Origin: an uncultured virus (IMG/VR IMGVR_UViG_3300044637_001924)
Lineage: Duplodnaviria; Heunggongvirae; Uroviricota; Caudoviricetes
Reading direction: 5' to 3' (one strand)
IMG/VR virus record: IMGVR_UViG_3300044637_001924
DNA length: 20,000 nucleotides
Part shown: positions 17,865 to 20,000 of the stretch, piece by piece
Layout: every line of letters begins with the position of its first letter
Numbering within the stretch: position 1 is the stretch's first letter
The notes under the pieces: generated by a model
The model's database searches: none
The model's input: the letters and a program-made list of their open reading frames with translations, nothing else
What the model was told of the DNA's origin: nothing
Position numbers and translations under genes: made by a program

Positions 17865-17897
17865 CTTCGCGCTCCTTTTAGAGTACTCGGTTGCACT

Positions 17898-17905
17898 TAT
17901 TTATA
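17898..17905 (-). promoter_or_regulatory. T4-type late promoter TATAAATA (gp55-like sigma)
   Basis: + strand tatttata at 17898-17905 reads TATAAATA on the minus strand. It is intergenic, about 33 nt upstream of ATG 17864. Confidence 0.75.
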
Positions 17906-17923
17906 GAGACGTGAGAACATTAC

Positions 17924-18460
17924 TTAACTTTGATTTAGTCCCAAGTGTTTTTTCAATACTTCAATACTTTCGGCCTGCTCTTGCAATGCCTTCAACAACA
18001 GCGGTATCAACTGAATATATGCCACAGTTTTCCCTGACGCGGTTGTACTCACAAGAGATGGTATAACTTGCTCTACTTCTTGAGCCAATAAACCAAAACT
18101 GTGTTTGCTGGCATGCTTCCAGTCAAAACTAACGGGATTGAGTTCCTTGAGAATAGCCCAACTGTCGGTAATTGTTGAGATGTTTGTTTTGAACGCAGCA
18201 TCACTGATGCTGTTGAAGTCAACAGCAGCCACTTCACCAGTGCCAGGATTATAGGTGAATGCTGTTGCAGTGCTGCGTATCCTAGGAGTAGTGCTAGAGC
18301 CAGCAGTGTCCACAAAAACCGGATAAAATGTTGAATTTGTTGTGGTATTTGTAGCAGTAATTGAGGTTGAGCTGCCGGCTGTTCCGCTCCATCCACTAGT
18401 GCCAGAAAATCCACTTGTGCCCGCACCGCTAAATCCGCTCCATCCACTTGTTCCGCTCCA
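17924..18460 (-). pseudogene. Tail-fibre C-terminal remnant: Gly-X-Ser repeats plus a peptidase S74 intramolecular chaperone domain
   Basis: The frame is open upstream of the track's GTG 18313: WSGTSGWSGFSGAGTSGFSGTSGWSGTAGSSTSITATNTTTNSTFYPVFVDT. It continues into SDAAFKTNI...LNPVSFDWK...GLLAQEVEQVIPSLV...YIQLIPLLLKALQEQ (S74). No proper start or SD is visible. Confidence 0.75.
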
Positions 18461-18868
18461 GCTTTTGAATACACAGCTTATTCCTGCTCGGGGGTTGATT
18501 TCAAATGGTTGATTGAGAGCTCAAATTCAAAAATTTCTCTCTTGAGGCAGAAACACAACATCATTGTTGAGCAAAATTATGCGTTGACCTTTGGCTAGCT
18601 TGATAGCTAGATTGTTGGCACCACTTTATCCCAAGGGTTGATCACTCCATACAATTTGACAGTGATCAGCCATGCCAACACTGACAAATTGCTGTTGTAG
18701 ATCTTGTAGATAGTCACATTTGTTGTCTGTGCAACCATTGGCGCTGACTATCAATTCAACGTCAGTCATTTTGTTATGAGAGCAAAGGCTTGTAGTGCAA
18801 GGTTCTAACAAGTCATTGCAGTGGTTGTAGGTTGGTATGATAATAGAGTATTTGAATTGTAGAGTCAC
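18461..18868 (-). pseudogene. Truncated GT2 glycosyltransferase with three in-frame stops
   Basis: KYSIIIPTYNHCNDLL...ELIVSANGCTD...QPLG*SGANNLAIKLAKGQRIILLNNDVVFLPQERNF*I*ALNQPF...GISCVFKS. Stops are TAA 18626-18628, TGA 18527-18529 and TGA 18521-18523. Confidence 0.85.
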
Positions 18869-18874
18869 AACAAA

Positions 18875-18903
18875 ATTATACAAACTTTTTGATAGCACTA
18901 CAA
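18875..18903 (-). promoter_or_regulatory. Putative sigma70-type promoter TTGTAG-N17-TATAAT
   Basis: Perfect -10 at 18875-18880, 17-nt spacer, and TTG-containing -35 at 18898-18903, lying between the chaperone stop and the GT2 pseudogene. Confidence 0.45.
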
Positions 18904-18917
18904 TTTAGAGATTGAAA

Positions 18918-19421
18918 CTACACGTTCATCTCCGGAAGGAATCCCGGAGGATAAGGATTCACTGATTCCACAGGAACAATGTGTAAACTAGGCCAAATAA
19001 TATTGAAAGGATCTTGTTGTGTTTGAGGTATATCAGCTAGTTCTTGAATATAGCGTTCGAGAGTGAGGATATCATCAATTGGAGTGAGACCCAATCTTAA
19101 GTATCGATTACAGCGTTCAACTCTCCATGCAACCGACTGAATAAGTATATCTCTCTGTTGTCGCACATCTTTCCATTTTGTCTGCTTCAGCATTTCAAGT
19201 TCTTCCAGGGTATATTCGGTCACTATCCACGCACCTGTGATATCATTCCACAACAATTTCTCATTGTCCTGTAGTTGAGGAGGATCACTTACAGGCACAT
19301 ATCCAGCATCATCAATTTCTTCTGGAGTGAAAGTGCTAGGATCAGTTCGTGTTCTACCATCTAATAGTCTTATCCTGAATGGCAACGACTGAGGCCATTG
19401 GTTTTTATAGGAATACAGCAT
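18918..19421 (-). CDS. Phage tail-fibre assembly chaperone-like protein (Phage_tail_APC/Tfa-like), 167 aa
   Basis: Start revised to ATG 19421 with AAGGAG SD at 19429-19434. C-terminus WKDVRQQRDILIQSVAW...YIQELADIPQTQQDPFNIIWP. Confidence 0.8.
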   Translation of the reverse strand: MLYSYKNQWPQSLPFRIRLLDGRTRTDPSTFTPEEIDDAGYVPVSDPPQLQDNEKLLWNDITGAWIVTEYTLEELEMLKQTKWKDVRQQRDILIQSVAWRVERCNRYLRLGLTPIDDILTLERYIQELADIPQTQQDPFNIIWPSLHIVPVESVNPYPPGFLPEMNV

Positions 19422-19601
19422 ATTATGTCTCCTTAAGTTCCTGAGAATCTTGGCATAGTAGTATTGATGAGACCTCCGAGATAGAGTTTTTGTTGTTGTT
19501 ATCAAGTGAGATACTATAAGCACTATTTTGCAATAGTGAATGATTGCAATAGTAATTGACTGCGACAGTAGTGATTGTCTTGACAAATATCATCTTGTAA
19601 T

Positions 19602-19775
19602 CTACCACTTGCCCAATGGGCATTTGGCGAAATGGAACTTCCATTTCGCTAGCATGATGCATCCGCATTCCTGGCAAGTCTTCATTATAGTAAATCTCGA
19701 ACATGATTGGCATGAATCCTTCCGTTCATGGTATTTTGAAGGGTCATCCAGCAGCTTGAGGTTTGTCAACAACAT
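19602..19775 (-). CDS. 57-aa Cys-rich protein (DUF6171-like, putative metal-binding)
   Basis: Absent from the ORF track: MLLTNLKLLDDPSKYHERKDSCQSCSRFTIMKTCQECGCIMLAKWKFHFAKCPLGKW*. ATG lies 1 nt after the upstream TAA. Confidence 0.8.
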   Translation of the reverse strand: MLLTNLKLLDDPSKYHERKDSCQSCSRFTIMKTCQECGCIMLAKWKFHFAKCPLGKW

Positions 19776-19776
19776 C

Positions 19777-20000
19777 TTATAGATTCCCAGTCTGGGTTGT
19801 CGGGAACAGTCTAGTGGTTCCTGGCCATATTATGCGAACGGCCCCATTCCCGCCACTAACGCTACCGCCGCCGTCACTCTGAAGCCCACCGCCGCCATAC
19901 AATGCACCCACACCTGTACCTGTGTAACCCTTGCCATTTTCGCCACCACTGCCGCCGCCGCCGCCTGCACTGCTACTCGCTCCCCCATTACCCCCTGCTG
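19777..20000 (-). CDS. 3' end of a glycine-rich phage fibre/structural protein (partial)
   Basis: AGGNGGASSSAGGGGGSGGENGKG...LYGGGG...GGNGAVRIIWPGTTRLFPTTQTGNL*. The GAVRIIW...FP C-terminal motif is typical of Gly-rich phage proteins. Confidence 0.8.
   Translation of the reverse strand, partial: AGGNGGASSSAGGGGGSGGENGKGYTGTGVGALYGGGGLQSDGGGSVSGGNGAVRIIWPGTTRLFPTTQTGNL

Noticed and set aside
17881..17888. GAGTACTC palindrome between the late promoter and the SD
   Set aside because: A single 8-bp palindrome is expected by chance, and there is no supporting recurrence.
2539..18474. Alternative-frame minus-strand ORFs (2539-2886, 7312-7521, 7531-7731, 10125-10532, 11558-11746, 11936-12145, 13749-13958, 16801-17049, 18073-18474)
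   Set aside because: They are nested out of frame within recognisable genes and have no motifs of their own.
18521..18628. Stop-codon reassignment or readthrough explaining the in-frame stops in GT2
   Set aside because: Both TAA and TGA interrupt the frame, while TAA, TAG and TGA all terminate intact genes in this window, several in ATGA-type overlaps.
19422..19713. Track starts at 19586 (222-aa ORF) and 19713 (96-aa ORF)
   Set aside because: ATG 19421 has a perfect AAGGAG SD, and the 19713 ORF overlaps the better-supported Cys-rich gene at 19602-19775.
117..19782. All plus-strand ORFs in the track
   Set aside because: They are antisense shadows of well-supported minus-strand genes. Recurrent LVISLTGLERL peptides simply mirror the repeats, and there are no recognisable motifs.

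Overview
This window is almost certainly from a large T4-like (gp55-type late promoter) tailed bacteriophage. All credible genes lie on the minus strand, use the standard genetic code, and are tightly packed, often with ATGA-type overlaps or Shine-Dalgarno sites. Reading in transcription order (right to left), it contains: (1) the end of a Gly-rich fibre-type gene, a small Cys-rich protein missed by the ORF track, and a tail-fibre assembly chaperone; (2) a pseudogenised GT2 glycosyltransferase fused in frame to a tail-fibre C-terminus with a peptidase S74 domain; (3) a TATAAATA late promoter, an 85-aa mini-fibre protein, six 7-bladed RCC1/BLIP-II-like beta-propeller genes and a DUF4376 gene; (4) a coupled run of modification enzymes: DUF5672 GT-like, NodU/CmcH carbamoyltransferase, two SAM methyltransferases, TPR-GT9-like, sulfotransferase, GT-A enzyme, CxxCxxCC Fe-S/Zn protein, GT9-like and an Mrp/NBP35 Fe-S carrier. 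The most striking structure is in the propeller array. Its N-terminal domains fall into three classes ordered A-B-C-A-B-C, and its 42 blades have DNA-identical frameworks with hypervariable loops and signs of gene conversion. This suggests a combinatorial, diversifying adhesin system linked to a glycan-tailoring operon. All family assignments are by motif recognition, with no database search.
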